64,000 bases of DNA, taken from positions 88,166,001-88,230,000 of the forward strand of contig NC_058368.1 in assembly GCF_018350175.1 (NCBI RefSeq), read 5' to 3'. The notes under the pieces were generated by a model. That model did no database searches. It was not told the origin of the DNA and was given only the letters and a program-made list of their open reading frames with translations. A program made the translations under genes and the position numbers. Below, one piece after another: positions 1 to 13,385 of this stretch. The stretch comes from Felis catus. Taxonomy: Eukaryota. Numbering within the stretch: position 1 is the first letter of the stretch; every line of letters starts with the position of its first letter.

Positions 1-2169
1 TTCCAGAAGGTCCCTGTAAAGGTAAGCTGTCACATCAGATGACTTGTCTGAGACTGAGTACAGTGATGATGCCACATGCTCTGGGGCCCTGGTCCCCCAC
101 TGTCCTGGGAAGGGACCCCAAGGAGGCTCAGGGCGGTGTACTACCAACTTCCCCTATGCTCCAGAAGGACTCCAGGCAGGTCAGGGCTCTCTGTGGATTA
201 CATATGCCACAAAAGTAAGGCCCTCCAGATCTGAATGCCAGTGGTGGGACTCAGGGCCTCGAGGTGGGGAGAGAAGCCAGGATGGGGTGTAGAGGGGGTG
301 GTGGGGCGTGTTCTTGCGGGGAGCACCCATGGTCCCTGGGGCTCGTCTCTGTGCCTGGGCTCCTGGGAGATGGGGCAGACCTTCTGAGAACCCACCCATC
401 TGTCTCAAGTTACCTTCCACAGTGGGCACTCCACCCCAGCCGACACTGGAGCCCTGGGTCAGCCCCTTCTTGCACAGAGGAACCGGGCTCAGGGCAGTGA
501 CAGGGGACCCAGGGGTGTCTGGACCCCTCCTCCAGACACCTCCAATGCCTTTCTGCTGGGGGATCACCAGCCCGCACCTCTGGGGTGTTCCATGGAAGGC
601 CGCCATCAGGCTCAGAGAATGTGTGTCCCCCACGGCCCAGACCTGTGCATTCTGGGGTGTGCAGCCCTAGCTCATGCGTCTTACTCCGTGGTCACCCCAG
701 ACTCCTGCCTCTGCTCCACTTAGGACATGGCCACCTAGCAGGCGTGGCTGACACTGTGCTTGCCAAAGCTTGCGTTATTCTTGAGTCCACTGTCCCCGGT
801 CACTCTGACAGACAGAAGTGGCCTCATGATGTTGGAATTTGGAGGGCAGGGGTGGGGGGAAGGGTGGAATCCTGGAGTCATAGAAACGGGGCCCCAAGTT
901 CTAGGCCCCCAAGTAGCCACGCTGTGAATTCTCCGTGAAGGAGTACATTTGCTCCTGATGTGCTGGCGTCTCCCAGCCACAAAGTCATGGGGCCCAGAGC
1001 AGCTGGAAATAGAGCCATTGAATCCTGGCATCATATGATTCCCAAAGCAGGGAGCCACAGCTGGAGAGTCTTAGACCCATAAAAAAACAGAATGTGGGGG
1101 TACAAATAAGCATGGCAGTGCTGTCATCACCACTGTGCGCGCTGTAAGTCAGCTGCCCTGGGGTCTGGACCTCTCTGAGGTCTCACTCACCTGCCAGATG
1201 CCGAATTTAGCCCAGCCTTCCTGTCCAGGGTGCTACCGGTTTGCACAGCCGCGCTTCTGGGCCGACAGCGCCACCATGTGGAAACGCTAAGCGAGGTAGT
1301 GTGGTCCGGAAACCAGGGGTCGCTTGCGGATCCCCCGCCTGCAGGCCTCTGGGCTCAGCTGCGGGTGGGGCAGGCCCAGCCCCTCCTCAGTCCTCAGCAT
1401 TCCTGCCTCCCCCACCCCCCTCGAGTGCAGATCACTCTCCTCCTGGTAACCAGTGCCCACAGCCCTGGCTAGTCTGCATTGGGTGCAATGGGAAAACTGC
1501 TTGATTCCCAGACAACTTGAGATGTGGTGTCACTAACCCTCAGGGCATGAGTCACAGCTCAGGCCCCAGGGGTCAAGATTGAAGCTCTTGGGGTGGGCGT
1601 TCAGAGTGTCAGGGCCTCGTTAGTGGCACCCTTCCTGTGCTGCCCATGACCTGCCCACGGTCTGTGATTCCCTTGACACCAAGACCCTCACTCCTTCTGT
1701 GCACCCTCAGTGCCACCTCTGGTTCCATCAGCAAAAGCAGGGGGAAGCATGCACCCCTCCACGCCCCTCCCTGGTCTGAAGAGGCCGGATGTCACCTCCC
1801 CACACCTCTCTAGTGGGCACTGTGGGTCAGAAGGGGTGAGCAGGGCAGGGCAGGGTCTCCACTGGCCACTCCTTCCATTTTGCTGCATTGGTATGTGGTG
1901 CCGTGTATCCTGCAAAGCTCCATCCCTGCCTTCCTGCTCTGCAGCCCACCCACCCCCCCCACCCCCGCCTCCCCAGCTTCCCCATCAAGTAGCTTCTTTC
2001 CTGCTCTAGGGGACAGCGTTTCCACCAGTCCAGCTGGCCCAGGAGAGTCAACAAAGCCTGTGTTCCCATGTCCTGACCCCACAACCATCTCCTGTCTCTG
2101 AATCTTCCACCTGCCCTACAGCCCAGCTCCTTCCTCTTAGGCTACAGGCTAGATGCTACCTCAAGTGGA

Positions 2170-3545
2170 ACTATGTTTTCGCATTTCCACTTCCATTCCT
2201 TGTGGCTACTATGTAGAAATAATACTGATTTTACTACATTGAACTTCCACCTTTCCTAAACTCACTTGCTAGTTCTAGTAGTTTCCCTCCCACCTCCATA
2301 GATTCTGTAGGGTTTTCTAGACAGACATGCTGTCATCTGTCAATAGAGACCCTTTTACATCTCACTTTCAACTCTGGATATAGTTCATTTCTTTTTCTTG
2401 CCTTATTACATTGGCTAGAAATGCCATAACAGTGCTGAATTAAAGTGGTGAGGGTCAATACCTAGTTTTGTTCTTGATTTTGGGGCACAAGCGTGCAGTG
2501 TTTCATTTAAGTATGATGTCAATGGTAGTTTATATATATATATGTATAGATGCCCTTTATCAGGTTGAGGAAGTTCCCTTGTCTTCTTAGTGGGCTGAGT
2601 TTTTATCCAAATGTCAGAATTTGTCAGTTGATTTTCTGCATCTGTTGAGACAATTGATACTTTGTATTATTTTGGTCTGTTAAAATACCAAATTGCATTA
2701 ATTGATATTTAAATATCAAACCAACCTTGCATTCCTTGAATAAATTCCATTTGCTCGTGATGTACTGTCCTCTTTATATATTGTTCAATCAAACCTTAGT
2801 TAAGGTTTTTTGTATCTGTGTTCATGAGGGATATTGGTGTGGTATTTTCTTTTCTTATAATATATGAGTTTGGAATCAGGATAATTCTAGCCACATGGAC
2901 TATTCATGAATATTACAAACTCATTAGTGTTCTAGAAGAGTTTGTGGAGAATTGTTAGTATTTTCCTTGAATATTTGGTAAAACATGCTGATCAGCACTC
3001 AGGGATGATTTGAGGGAGCACTCTGCAGATCATGGGAGTGGTGTCCACACAGTTCTGTCATCTCTGCTGCTCTGTCTTGTGAACTCCAGCCAATCTGTAT
3101 TCCTCCACTCCCAACTGTGTCCCCTTAGCTCCACGAAGTCTGAGGACTCCTGCTGGGTCATCCTCCCTCTGGCAGTGGGGACTCTCCCCAGTTGGCCTGG
3201 CACTTGTAGGGCTCAGCTTGTTGTTTCCCCTCTTTTAGGGATAACTGCTCATCATGTTTTGACCCTCACTCTCTGTAGTTTCACATATTTTTCTCATCAC
3301 TTTTCTGTTCTTTGTTGTGGTTGTTTTATATAGGAAGGCAAGTCCATTCCCTATTCCTCTGTGTCAGATAGAAGCAAAAGTCTTCGTGTCAGTCATCTTG
3401 ACTCATTTGGTTTTCATCTGGATTTTTTCTAGACATTTATGTACCTTCTTACTTTGAGGTATCTGGGTGTTTTACACATGGTCTCATTGATATTTTTGCC
3501 TTCTTTTTTGTTTGTAGAAGTCCTTTATACATCATGGATGCAAGT

Positions 3546-3588
<43 letters not shown>

Positions 3589-5000
3589 TTTCATGAAATT
3601 TTCCCACAGTGTAGAACTACCACTATAATCTTATGAAACTACTCTACCACCTCAAAAAACTCCCTATATGATTCCTTTTGTCCATAACCCCTGGAGACCA
3701 CTGATGTATTCTCCGTTCTCAATAACGTTGTCCTTCTGAGAATGTCCTATAAATGGAATCATATGGCATGTGACTCTTTGAGACTGTTTTCTTTCACACG
3801 GCATAATGTTTTTGAGCTTCATTCACATTGTTGAATTTATCAATAGTTCATTCCTTTCTGCTACTAGGGAGTATTCCAACATAAGGAGGCACCATGTTTG
3901 TTGACCCATTTACCCATTCTCTTGTTAAAGAACATCTGGGTTTTTACCAGTGTTTGGCAATCATGAGTAGGGATGCTATTAACTTTAGTCTGCATGTTTT
4001 TTTGTGTGAACAAAAGTTTTGTTTCTCCCAGGAATAAATATCTAGGAGTTTTACAGACTGGCTGCGCCATTTTGCATATAATGACACATATATGTCTCAC
4101 CAGCAACATAGAAATTCCGGATACTCCACATTCTTGTTAACACTTTGCATTTTATTGGCAGGGACTTTTTTTTAAATCTTAGCTGACTTAATAGTTAATG
4201 GGTATGTAATGATTGTCTACTGTGGTCTTCATGTTCATTTTCCAATGGCCGATGTTGGTGAGCATCTTTTCATGGATCACTTTACCTTTTGTGCATCCTC
4301 TTTGGTGATGTATGTTCTCAAATCTCTTACCCATTAAAAAATACTTTGTATTTAAAAATAACTAGATCCACACACACAAAAATACATAAAGTTTCCATGT
4401 ACTTTCATTTTCTTTCCCTCCTTGGTATATGTTACATAATTACAGTGCAATGTCAAAAGCATGGAATTGGCATTGGTATGATGTGTGTTTATGGCTTTTC
4501 TCCTCTACATGTCATTTACTGCCACCACAACCAAGCTATGGACCTCTTCCACCACCATAGAGCTCTCCCTCAGGTTACCTATTTAGAGAGTCATCCACCC
4601 CTGCCCTCAAATTCCTACCCTGGCACCATGCATCTATTTTTCATCTCTATAATTTTGTCATTTCACAAAGGTTGTACACATAAAATCATACAGAATGTGA
4701 CCTGTTCAGATTGGCTTTTTCACTCAGCATAATGTCCTTGAGATCCATCTTAGTTGTTGTGTGGACCAAATGTTATTTTATTTTTGTATTGGTAGGTACT
4801 ACCTTTAATGGGTGTGCTAGAGATTGATTAGGCATTCACCTAGATATTTTGGTTGTTATTTTAGCTATTACAAATAAAGTAAGCCATTTATATTTAATGT
4901 AATTGTTGATATGTTGTGGCTTATATCTGACATTTTATTTTTCATTTCCTGTTTGTTCCCTCTGTGTCTCTGTTTTCTTTTACATACATTCCTGTGGGCT
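2170..5000 (-). mobile_element. Cluster of old L1 (L1M-type) fragments, antisense
   Basis: AT-rich sequence with typical antisense L1 ORF2 phrases (tagatgccctttatcaggttgaggaagttccc, aaccaaccttgcattcc) and 3'UTR phrases (ataaatggaatcatat, gagcatctttttcatg). Boundaries are approximate. Confidence 0.75.
3548..3587. repeat. (TG)n microsatellite, about 20 units
   Basis: Pure TG run visible in the sequence. Confidence 0.97.
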
Positions 5001-5531
5001 ACTTGAACACATTTTAGAATTCCACTTTAGTTTAACTACAGTGCTTTTGTGTTTTTTTTTGTGTTTTTGAAATAATTTAGAATTTTAATACAGTTATTTC
5101 ACATATGATTAAAATGAGTCTTGCTAATAAAACCAAATACAAATGAGTTTTAAAAATCATATTCTCTATTGTGCTTTTGAGTAGAGCTTTACTTATGACT
5201 TTGTAAAGCTTTTTTACTGGTTGGTCTACGTATTATATTTTATGTATGTAACACACAGTCTACTGTCTCTTTGCCAGATATTTTACCAGTTCAAGAACAT
5301 CCTTTTGTCATCTTTCATTTATAACGTCATCATCTTAAACATTTCCTTCTACAGACTGTGAGAATCGCACAAAACAGTGTTCTAATTTTTGCTTAAACCA
5401 TCAAACACAATTTAAAAAACTTAAGAGGGGGAGGGAATCCTATTGTATTTACCTACATTTTTAGTCTTTCTTCTTCCATAATGTTCCTTGATTCCTTTTA
5501 TCATTTCCTTTCTGTTCCATGAACTTCTTTT

Positions 5532-5735
5532 TTCAAAATTTTTTAATCTTTATTTATTTTTGAGAGAGAGACAGAGCATGAGCAGGGGCGGGACAGAGAG
5601 AGAGGGAGACACAGAATCTGAGGCAGGCTCCAGGCTCTGAGCTGTCAACACAGAGTCTGACACTGGGCTTGAACTCACCCACTGCAAGATCACGACCTGA
5701 GCCGAAGTCAGATGACTGAGCCACCCAGGCGCCCC
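5532..5735 (-). mobile_element. CAN-SINE (feliform SINEC_Fc type)
   Basis: Reverse complement begins ggggcgcctgggtggctcagtc and has a CT-rich region and A-tail. 16-bp TSD tccatgaacttctttt at 5516-5531 and 5736-5751. Confidence 0.95.
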
Positions 5736-6110
5736 TCCATGAACTTCTTTTAACTATCCTTTCAGAGCAGGTGTAATGGGGACACATTCTCTTCATTTTC
5801 CTCCCCCTGGATTGACTTCAGTCTCTCTTCATTGCAGGAGAATTCTTTGGCTGACCATAGAATTCGAGGTTGACAATTCTTTTCTTTCTTTTGAAAAATA
5901 TGCCACTTCCTTTGGTTTCTATGGTTTCTGATGATAAATACACCACAATTCGAATGGTTTTCCCTGGTCAGTAAGGTGTCGCTTTCCTCTTGATCTTTTC
6001 AAGATTTTTTCTTTGTCTTCAGTTTTCTCAAGTTTGACCATGACGGGTCCTGCTGTGCATTCTTCCCATTAATCTTGCTCAGCTTCTTGAATCTGTAGGT
6101 TTAAGTCTTT

Positions 6111-6160
6111 AAAAAAAGTTTTTTTTAATGTTTGAGAGAGGGAGGGAGGGAGGGAGAGAG

Positions 6161-6216
<56 letters not shown>

Positions 6217-6377
6217 TTGGGGAGAGGCAGAGAGAGAGGGAGACACAGAATCCGAAGCAGGATCCAGGCTCTGAGTTGTCAGTGCAGAGCCCAACGCGGG
6301 TATCTAACCCATGAGCTGTGAGATCATGACCTGAGCCAAAGTCTGCCACCCAACCAACTGAGCCACCCAGGCGCCCC
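6111..6377 (-). mobile_element. CAN-SINE with expanded (GA)n/(CA)n tail
   Basis: SINE body plus a 17-bp TSD tgtaggtttaagtcttt at 6094-6110 and 6378-6394. Confidence 0.95.
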
Positions 6378-7949
6378 TGTAGGTTTAAGTCTTTTACCAA
6401 CTTTGGGAAATCTTTCCCACCCTGGCCATCTTTGTCCTGTCCTTCCAGGATTCCAGTGACACAGGAGACCTTCTGCCGTCCACGGGTCCTTTGGCTCTGC
6501 TCTTTTCTTTTCTTTCTGATGTTCAGATTGGGTGGTTTCCATTGTGCTGTCTTCGCATTCCCTGAGTCTTTTATCTTTCCTCTCCATTCAGCTGTGAAGC
6601 CCACACTTTGATATTTTTATTTAGTTGCATTTTTCAGTTCTAAAATTTCTATTTGGTTCTTGTTTATATCTCCTATGTTTTGTCTGACAATTTCTTTTCC
6701 TCCCATTTACTTTGAGTGTATTTGTAATTGCTTGTGAACCATTTTTCTGATGGCTTCATTAAATTCCTTGTCAGATAAGTTCAATGCCTGTGTCATTTCG
6801 GTGTCCATTGATTATCATTCAGGTGGAGGATTTCCTGGTTCTTGGCAGCATGAGTATAGGGTGTCACATTGAAGTCTGTTGTGCAGGTCTGCTGTGACAC
6901 CAGCCAGTGGGGAAGGGGAGGCATCACCTCACTGATCCCAGGGGACAGACTTAGCACCTCACCACGCTCCCCTTGCACCTCAGGGATGAGGTGGGGGCTC
7001 ATAACTCCCCGGGCACTGATCTTCCATATCATCTTCTTACACAGCGTGTCCTGCTACTTCTGCTTCAGTTGGTGATGGTGTCTGGTGGCTTTTGTTGTGA
7101 GATGTCTGGCATTTCAGGTCTGTGCTCCTTTGGGGGTGCAAGCTCCCTGTTGAGTCAGATGAACTGGGGAGGCCAGAACCAGCTCTGGTCTGGGTCGATC
7201 CATGAGTCTAAGAAGATGGCATAGATTGAGCCCCAGAGCACTAGGCTCAGGGCCCACAAAACTCTGTGAGCCACTGTTCCTACTGTCACTCCATACTCTG
7301 GTATGGCAGGAATTGACACTCAGGGAAACGCAAGTCCAGGGGCCCCTACTGAGGTCCCTGGGCCAACCCACCATGTTTGTGTCTTCCCCACCAGAGCTTT
7401 CAGGTGGCCCTGAGATTAGTTATATAGAGACACCAGAACCAGGGTCAGGATCCACAACTGGTGTCTGTGTCTAAGGGGCAGGTTGAGAAATGGGCGGAGC
7501 CAAGATCAGACATAAGAAGTGATCCTCCTACTGAGGATAAAACCCAATATATAAGACCACCACAGGCACCCTTATATAGCAAGACATCCTTGAGTGCATT
7601 GGCTTACCTATGCAGAGCACAGGAGGAAGCAGGGGCACCTGGTACTGTGCTGGGTGATTCTGAGAGCATCTGTGAGACAGAGCAGCTCTGGGTCATGAGC
7701 CATCAGTAACTGGGGCCCTGGAAGTCTTCGTGGGGGTGGGGCAGGGTGGGGGCTGGAGGGAGGGAGTGGTCCTCAAGTGCTGGTCTCTTGGAGGTGGGCA
7801 GTGCAGCCTGGGGATAAACCTTCTTCCCAAGGCCTCTGTCTGTGGGAACCCTAAGTGAAAATCATCATGGAAAGTCAAGTTGTGAAGGAACCCCTTGACC
7901 GAAGCTTGGCTCAGGTGTGTGAATTTTCTGTTGGCATGTAACAAATCAG

Positions 7950-8706
7950 CACAAGGCCAGCCAATCACCAGGCTAACGTATCACATCAGTCTGTAGATGG
8001 AGTCTGGGCACAGTGTGGCTAGGTCCTCTGCTCTGCATCTCACCAGGCAAAACCAAGGACGTGGGCAGCCTATGTCTTCATCTGGGGGCTGGACTGGGGA
8101 AGGAGCTGCCCTGAATCCCCCTGCATCATTGGCAGAACTGTGTCTTTGTGGTTCTAGGGCTGAGGCCCCTGTTGTCTCACTGCTGTTGGCCGGGGACTGC
8201 TCTCAGGAGCTAAGAACCATCCTTGTTTCCTTGTGCTCCTGGCCTCTGACACTCCTCCAATATCTGTGACCTCCAGGAGGAGTGGTCCCAGGTACAGGGT
8301 CACCTCATTGAGCCAGGCCCACCTGGATATTCAGCCTTTTCATTTTTTTTTAATTTTTTTAACGTTTATTTATTTTTGAGACAGAGAGAGACAGAGAATG
8401 AACAGGGGAGGGGCAGAGAGAGAGGGAGATACAGAATCCGAAACAGGCTCCAGGCTCTGAGTGGTCAGCACAGAGCCTGACGCGGGGCTTGAACTCACGA
8501 ACCGTGAGATCATGACCTGAGCCGAAGTCGGACGCTTAACCGACCAAGCCACCCAGGCGTCCCTATTCAGCCTTTTCAAAGTCAGCTGGTCAGTAACCTG
8601 ACCCCATTACACTCACAGGTTCACCCTGACTGAAGGGTTGGGGTTTCTGCAAGGGGTGCACATCCAGACTTGGGAATCTCGGAGACACCCTGGAACACTA
8701 CCTACA
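7950..8706. mobile_element. MaLR LTR (MLT1E/F-like) split by a SINE
   Basis: Resembles the MLT1 consensus (ggctaggtcctctgctc, ggactggggaagga, ttggcagaact...gggctgaggcccc). Subfamily is uncertain. Confidence 0.6.
8343..8563 (-). mobile_element. CAN-SINE (near-consensus)
   Basis: CpG-retaining SINE body with a 15-bp TSD tattcagccttttca at 8328-8342 and 8564-8578. Confidence 0.95.
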
Positions 8707-9574
8707 ACTCTGGGTTTGGAAACCAATGCTGCTTGCCTGGGTCAGAGCGATGCATGGGGCTTCAGTCTCTTAGGCAAGAGAGAGTGGTGGTTTCAGACTG
8801 TGAGGTCCCAGTTTCTATGAGTTTGGGGGGCAAGGCTTCTCAGAGCAGGTCCCCCTGTGCATGGACATGCAGATCCACAGGCTCACGGTGGCCTCTCCCT
8901 TAGTGCTGCTGCATCCATGTGTGCCTATCCTGGTGGGGTTTTGTGGCTGCTGTGCAGTGCGTTGTCTGTCTGTTACTGGTGTCCTTGGTGTCTGGAATCC
9001 AGGGCTGACTTTGCAAGATGGGGGTTGCAGCCCATTCTAATCTGCCATGCCAGCGACTGTTTTCTGTCAGTTCTATCCTTGATGCCAGTGACCAGCGCAA
9101 CACCTCACGCATCACATTGCTGGTGCTCCCATCTGAGCCAAGCAAGGGCAGCCCAGCCCTGGGGCCACCTGGCTCTCTGCGTCCCTGCAGGGCTGCCTGG
9201 AGCCTCCCCGGTTCCTTCTTCCCTGCTTGCACTGCAGTCCGATCTTAGTGTGACAGCCTGAACGACCCCACCTTAGGCCCCTGAAGTGCATGCCTGCTCT
9301 GCCTTCTTGGTGTCTGACTCGCTCCTTGCCCCAGCCTCACTCACCTCCCCGCTGACCTCCAGTGTGCTGTGTGCTCCACCCCAAGGCTACTCAGAGCTCA
9401 GCCCTCACCATCTTCTGGGCTGGAGCACATGCCACTGTCCCAGTGAAGCTGTCTCTAACCTGGCTCCCCCGGACCCCTGATGACTTTTCCCTGATTTAAG
9501 TGTCCTGTGCTATTGCCACTTGGGCTCTCCCCCTCCCTGTCATTCGTGTACCTGCCCGTCAGTCTGTATGCTCA

Positions 9575-10345
9575 TCTATGGATCTGTCTGCCTATCACCT
9601 ACCTTCTATTATCTATCATCTGTCTATGTATCTATCTATCCATCCATCATCTATCTATCTATCCATCCATCATCTATCTATGTATCTAATCGATCATCTA
9701 TGTATCTATCTAATCAATCATCTATCTAATCTATCATCTATCATTCTATATTATCTATCCATCCATCCATCCACCCATCCATAATCTATCATCTATGTAT
9801 CTATTTAATCTATCAACTATGTGTTTAATCTATCAATCTATCTTATCTATCTATTCTATCTAATGTATGTATATTATCTATGTATCTATCTATCTAATCT
9901 ATCATCTATCCTTCTATATTATCTATCTATCCATCCATCATGTATTATCTGTCTGTCTATCTAATCTATCATCTATCAATCTATATTATCTATCTATCTA
10001 TCTATATCATCTATCTAATCTATCACCTATCAATCTATCTATATTATCTATATCTATGAATCTATATATCTATTATATTTCTATCATCCATCATCTATCT
10101 ATTATCTATTTTCTATGTATCTATGTATCTATATATTTCTACCTATCATCTATGTATCTATGTATTTATTATCTATCTAATCTATCTATATTATCTATCT
10201 CTCTAACATATCTATATTGTCTATCGTCTGTCTCTCTCTCTATCATTTGTCAACTTATCTACCTGTCATTTATCTGTCACCTATTGATCTGTCTATCATC
10301 TGTCACTTAACTACCTACCTCCTGTCTGTCTGTCCACCTATCTGA
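9575..10345. repeat. Degenerate (TCTA/TCCA)n, i.e. GATA-type, simple repeat of ~770 bp
   Basis: Continuous atct/tatc/atcc units. Confidence 0.95.
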
Positions 10346-10351
10346 TTTATT

Positions 10352-10490
10352 ATCTGTCTTCCCGTAGTAGAATGTAAGTTTCAAAAGGGCAGAATTTTGC
10401 CTGCCTGTTCCCTGCTCTATCGCCGGTACCTGGCAGAGCTCGCAGCCCTTAGTGTGTGATAAATCTTGGTCAATGAAGTGAACGAATGCA
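10352..10490 (+). mobile_element. L2 3' end fragment
   Basis: tagaatgtaagtttcaaaagggcag...cctggcagag...aatgaagtgaacgaatg resembles the L2 terminus with its (TGAA)n tail. Confidence 0.6.
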
Positions 10491-11409
10491 TCTGAAGCAG
10501 CACTGACCAGAGGGAGGCCCTGATGGGCATGCTCTGTGCATGTGCTGCCCACTGCAGGAGCTGTTGGCTGCATCAGCTTCCTCGCACCTGAGATGCGGCC
10601 AGGGCAGCTGAGGACCTCAGCACTTCGTGGTAGCTAATTTTAATTAATTTTGGCTTGCATTTAGGTAGCCACCTGCCAGCTTGAAGGTGTTTGGTGGAGA
10701 CGTGGTGGGTAAGCAGCACCTACTGAAGGCCCAGTGTCACCAGGAAGGTCATGCCAGCGCTGTCCCACCACAAAGCACATGCCAGCACTTTTTTGCCATT
10801 ACCCCTTGGGATTCAGCTCTGCTGGTAGCCCACACATGGACTGCCTGGACTCCTTCCCAGCCCTGCAGGAGGGCACTTCATCTCCTGTGTTGTCACATGC
10901 ATATCTGGTGGAAACCCCCAGCTTTGTGGGCACCGTGGGTACACTTGTCAGGCTTCTGGGGCCCATGTATGGCTTGTGACAGGTGCACAGGACACTGCCA
11001 AGTGTGGGATTGCTGAGCCTCAGCTGAGTGAGGTGTCCAGAGATCTCTGTTCCTGAGGTCTGAGGTCCCGGGTCCAAGCACAGGCACCCTCAGCTGGTTT
11101 TGGTGAGATAAGAAAGCCACAGCATGGAGATGCTTGGCAGGGCTGTGGCTTCCAGGACTTTCCATCAGAGCGCAGGCTCAGAGAAGAGCGGTCTCCACAC
11201 ATTCCCGATGCTGGCGGGCAGACAACCCATCTGCGTCTTACCCTCCTGGCATGCTGTGTAATAGAGAACCTCAGAACGTCAGCTCAGACGCCCAGGCTTC
11301 ACGCTTTGCAGGTGGGCAGGTGAGGCCTCCAGGCCTATGGACAGATGCAGCAGAGTGTGTGGCCTGGGCTGTGCCCCCTCCACCTTCCTCCCTTGGATCA
11401 GGGCCCTTC

Positions 11410-11530
11410 AGTGGCCTCAGTTTACCCAAATCACCTCTTTACAGGCTGTCTCCAGACATGGTCATACTCTGAGGTCCTGGGAGTTGAGGCGCCCACATAT
11501 GGATATTGGGGCAACGATCCAGCCCACGGC
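11410..11530. mobile_element. MaLR LTR terminal fragment (MLT1A-like)
   Basis: tctccagacatggtcatactctgaggtcctgggagttgagg...catatgga...cagccca resembles the MLT1A end. Confidence 0.55.
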
Positions 11531-12273
11531 TGCCTCTGTGGACTCCAGCTGTGTTCTCAGCTGGGGGGTCTGCTGGACCCCACCCTGACTACTCTCTAGA
11601 ACCCCGGACTCCCTCATCTGTTTTCTTTCTTCCAGAAGTCTGCTGTAATCTCTGCCCGGCTTCTCCTGAAGACTGTCCCTTGGGCCTTATATGTTCTCAT
11701 TCATTTATGATCATTTTAGTGAGGTCTGGGGGAGGAACAAATCGATGTGTGAGCTCCAAGGCTATTTTTTTTTGTTTTGTTTGTTTTGTTTTGTTTTGTT
11801 TTTAACGAGAAGTTTCCTTGTATCTCTAAACAGTTAAAATTTCCTGGAAACATTGTCTGAACACAGATCTCCTCTGGGGGACATTTATAATGCTTGTGAT
11901 TTTGTACCATTGCGAGTACTGCTTCAGCCACCATATCCGTCCAGAGTGTGCATGTCTGTTATTTTTCTAGCATAAATGCCTAGAACCTGGGCCAATGCTT
12001 TGACGAGGCTGAGACTTCAGAGGTCTATTGCCAGATGCCCTACAGACATGTGCAACATTTTGCTCTGGGACCACTGACGTTTCCTTCTTATGCTTAAGAA
12101 GGGCTTTCTCACCCTGAAATCAACAGAAAGGTGTGTATTTCACTCTCACTGGGTTATATTTTCTTATACCTTCTGAGCATTGTTTATGGGGATGTGACTT
12201 TCTCTTTTTCAAGTAGTTAATTCCTTCCTTTTATTTATTTACTTATTTACTTCAATTCCAGGATCTTCAAGTG

Positions 12274-12477
12274 TTTTTTTTTTTTAAGTTTTTAAGTTTA
12301 TTTTTTATTGTGAGAGAGAGAAAGAGCATGTGCACACATGAGCAGGTGAGGGGCAGAAAGAGAGAGAATCCCAAGCAGGCTCCATGCTGTCAGTGCAGAG
12401 CCCCATGCAGGGCTCAAACTTATGAACTGTGAGATCACAGGTCCAATGCTTAACTGCCTGAGCTACCCAGGCACCTC
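12274..12477 (-). mobile_element. CAN-SINE (older, diverged)
   Basis: SINE body gagagaatcccaagcaggctcc...agctacccaggcacc, preceded by a T-rich tail. Confidence 0.9.
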
Positions 12478-12508
12478 ATTCATTCCCTGTAAATTGGGTT
12501 TCGTTCAG

Positions 12509-12526
12509 CACTGCCCCCTGCTGGAC
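12509..12526 (-). promoter_or_regulatory. CTCF core motif candidate
   Basis: Reverse complement GTCCAGCAGGGGGCAGTG is close to the CTCF consensus CCASYAGRKGGCRS. Confidence 0.55.
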
Positions 12527-12773
12527 GCTTATGGGTCCTCCCTCCTCCAGCTGGCTGAATGCAGGACCACAGACAGCCCTGGGGTTGGACCGGCTGGACA
12601 GCCGGGTGGACCGGCTGCTGGGTAAGGCTCACAGGGACGACCGTCATGTCAGGACAGTCCTGCTGTTGTGACAACAGTGACACGACCAACAGCCTCCCTC
12701 ATGGGCTCTGGGACAGCCACACCAGTCCTCACTGAAGGACATCTTTCTCATCAAAATGTAGACATCATAGTTT

Positions 12774-13385
12774 AAAAAATTTTTTTAATTTTTTAAATTT
12801 ATATCCAAATTAGTTAGCATATAGTGCAACAATGATTTCAAGAGTAGATTCCTTAATGCCCCTTACCCATTTAGTCCATCCCCCCCCCACACCCCCTCCA
12901 GTAACCCTCAGTTTGTTCTCCATATTTGAGTCTCTTCTGTTTTGTCCCCCTCCCTGTTTTTATGTTATTTTTTCTTCCCTTCCCTTATGTTCATCTGTTT
13001 TGTCTCTTAAAGTCCTCATATGAGTGAAGTCATATGATATTTGTCTTTCTCTGACTGACTAATTTCACTTAGCATAATACCCTCCAGTTCCATCCATGTA
13101 GTTGGAAATGGCAAGATTTCATTCTTTCTGATTGCTGAGTAATACTCCATTGTATATATATATACCACTTCTTCTTTATCCATTCATCCATCGATGGACA
13201 TTTGGGCTCTTTCCATACTTTGGCTATTGTTGATAGTGCTGCTATAAACATGGGGGTGCATGTGTCCCTTCAAAACAGCTCACCTGTATCTCTTGGATAA
13301 ATGCCTAGTGCAGTTGCTGGGTTAGGGAAGTTCTATTTTTAGTTTTTTGAGGAACCTCCATACTGTTTTCCAGAGTGGCTGCACC
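12774..13385 (-). mobile_element. 5'-truncated carnivore L1 with intact TSD
   Basis: Minus strand encodes the ORF2 C-terminus MFIAALSTIAKVWKEPKCPSMDEWIKK, followed by 3'UTR and A-tail. Perfect 15-bp TSD tagacatcatagttt at 12759-12773 and 13386-13400. Confidence 0.95.

Larger units (their letters stand above)
5200..6860 (-). mobile_element. Old L1 ORF1/inter-ORF region, antisense, interrupted by two SINEs
   Basis: Antisense L1 5'-region phrases (ggtttctgatgataaat, ttttcagttctaaaatttctatttggttct). Confidence 0.65.

Noticed and set aside
8480..8563. tRNA-like A/B box sequence
   Set aside because: It is the tRNA-derived head of a CAN-SINE with tail and TSD, not a tRNA gene; the same applies to the other SINEs.
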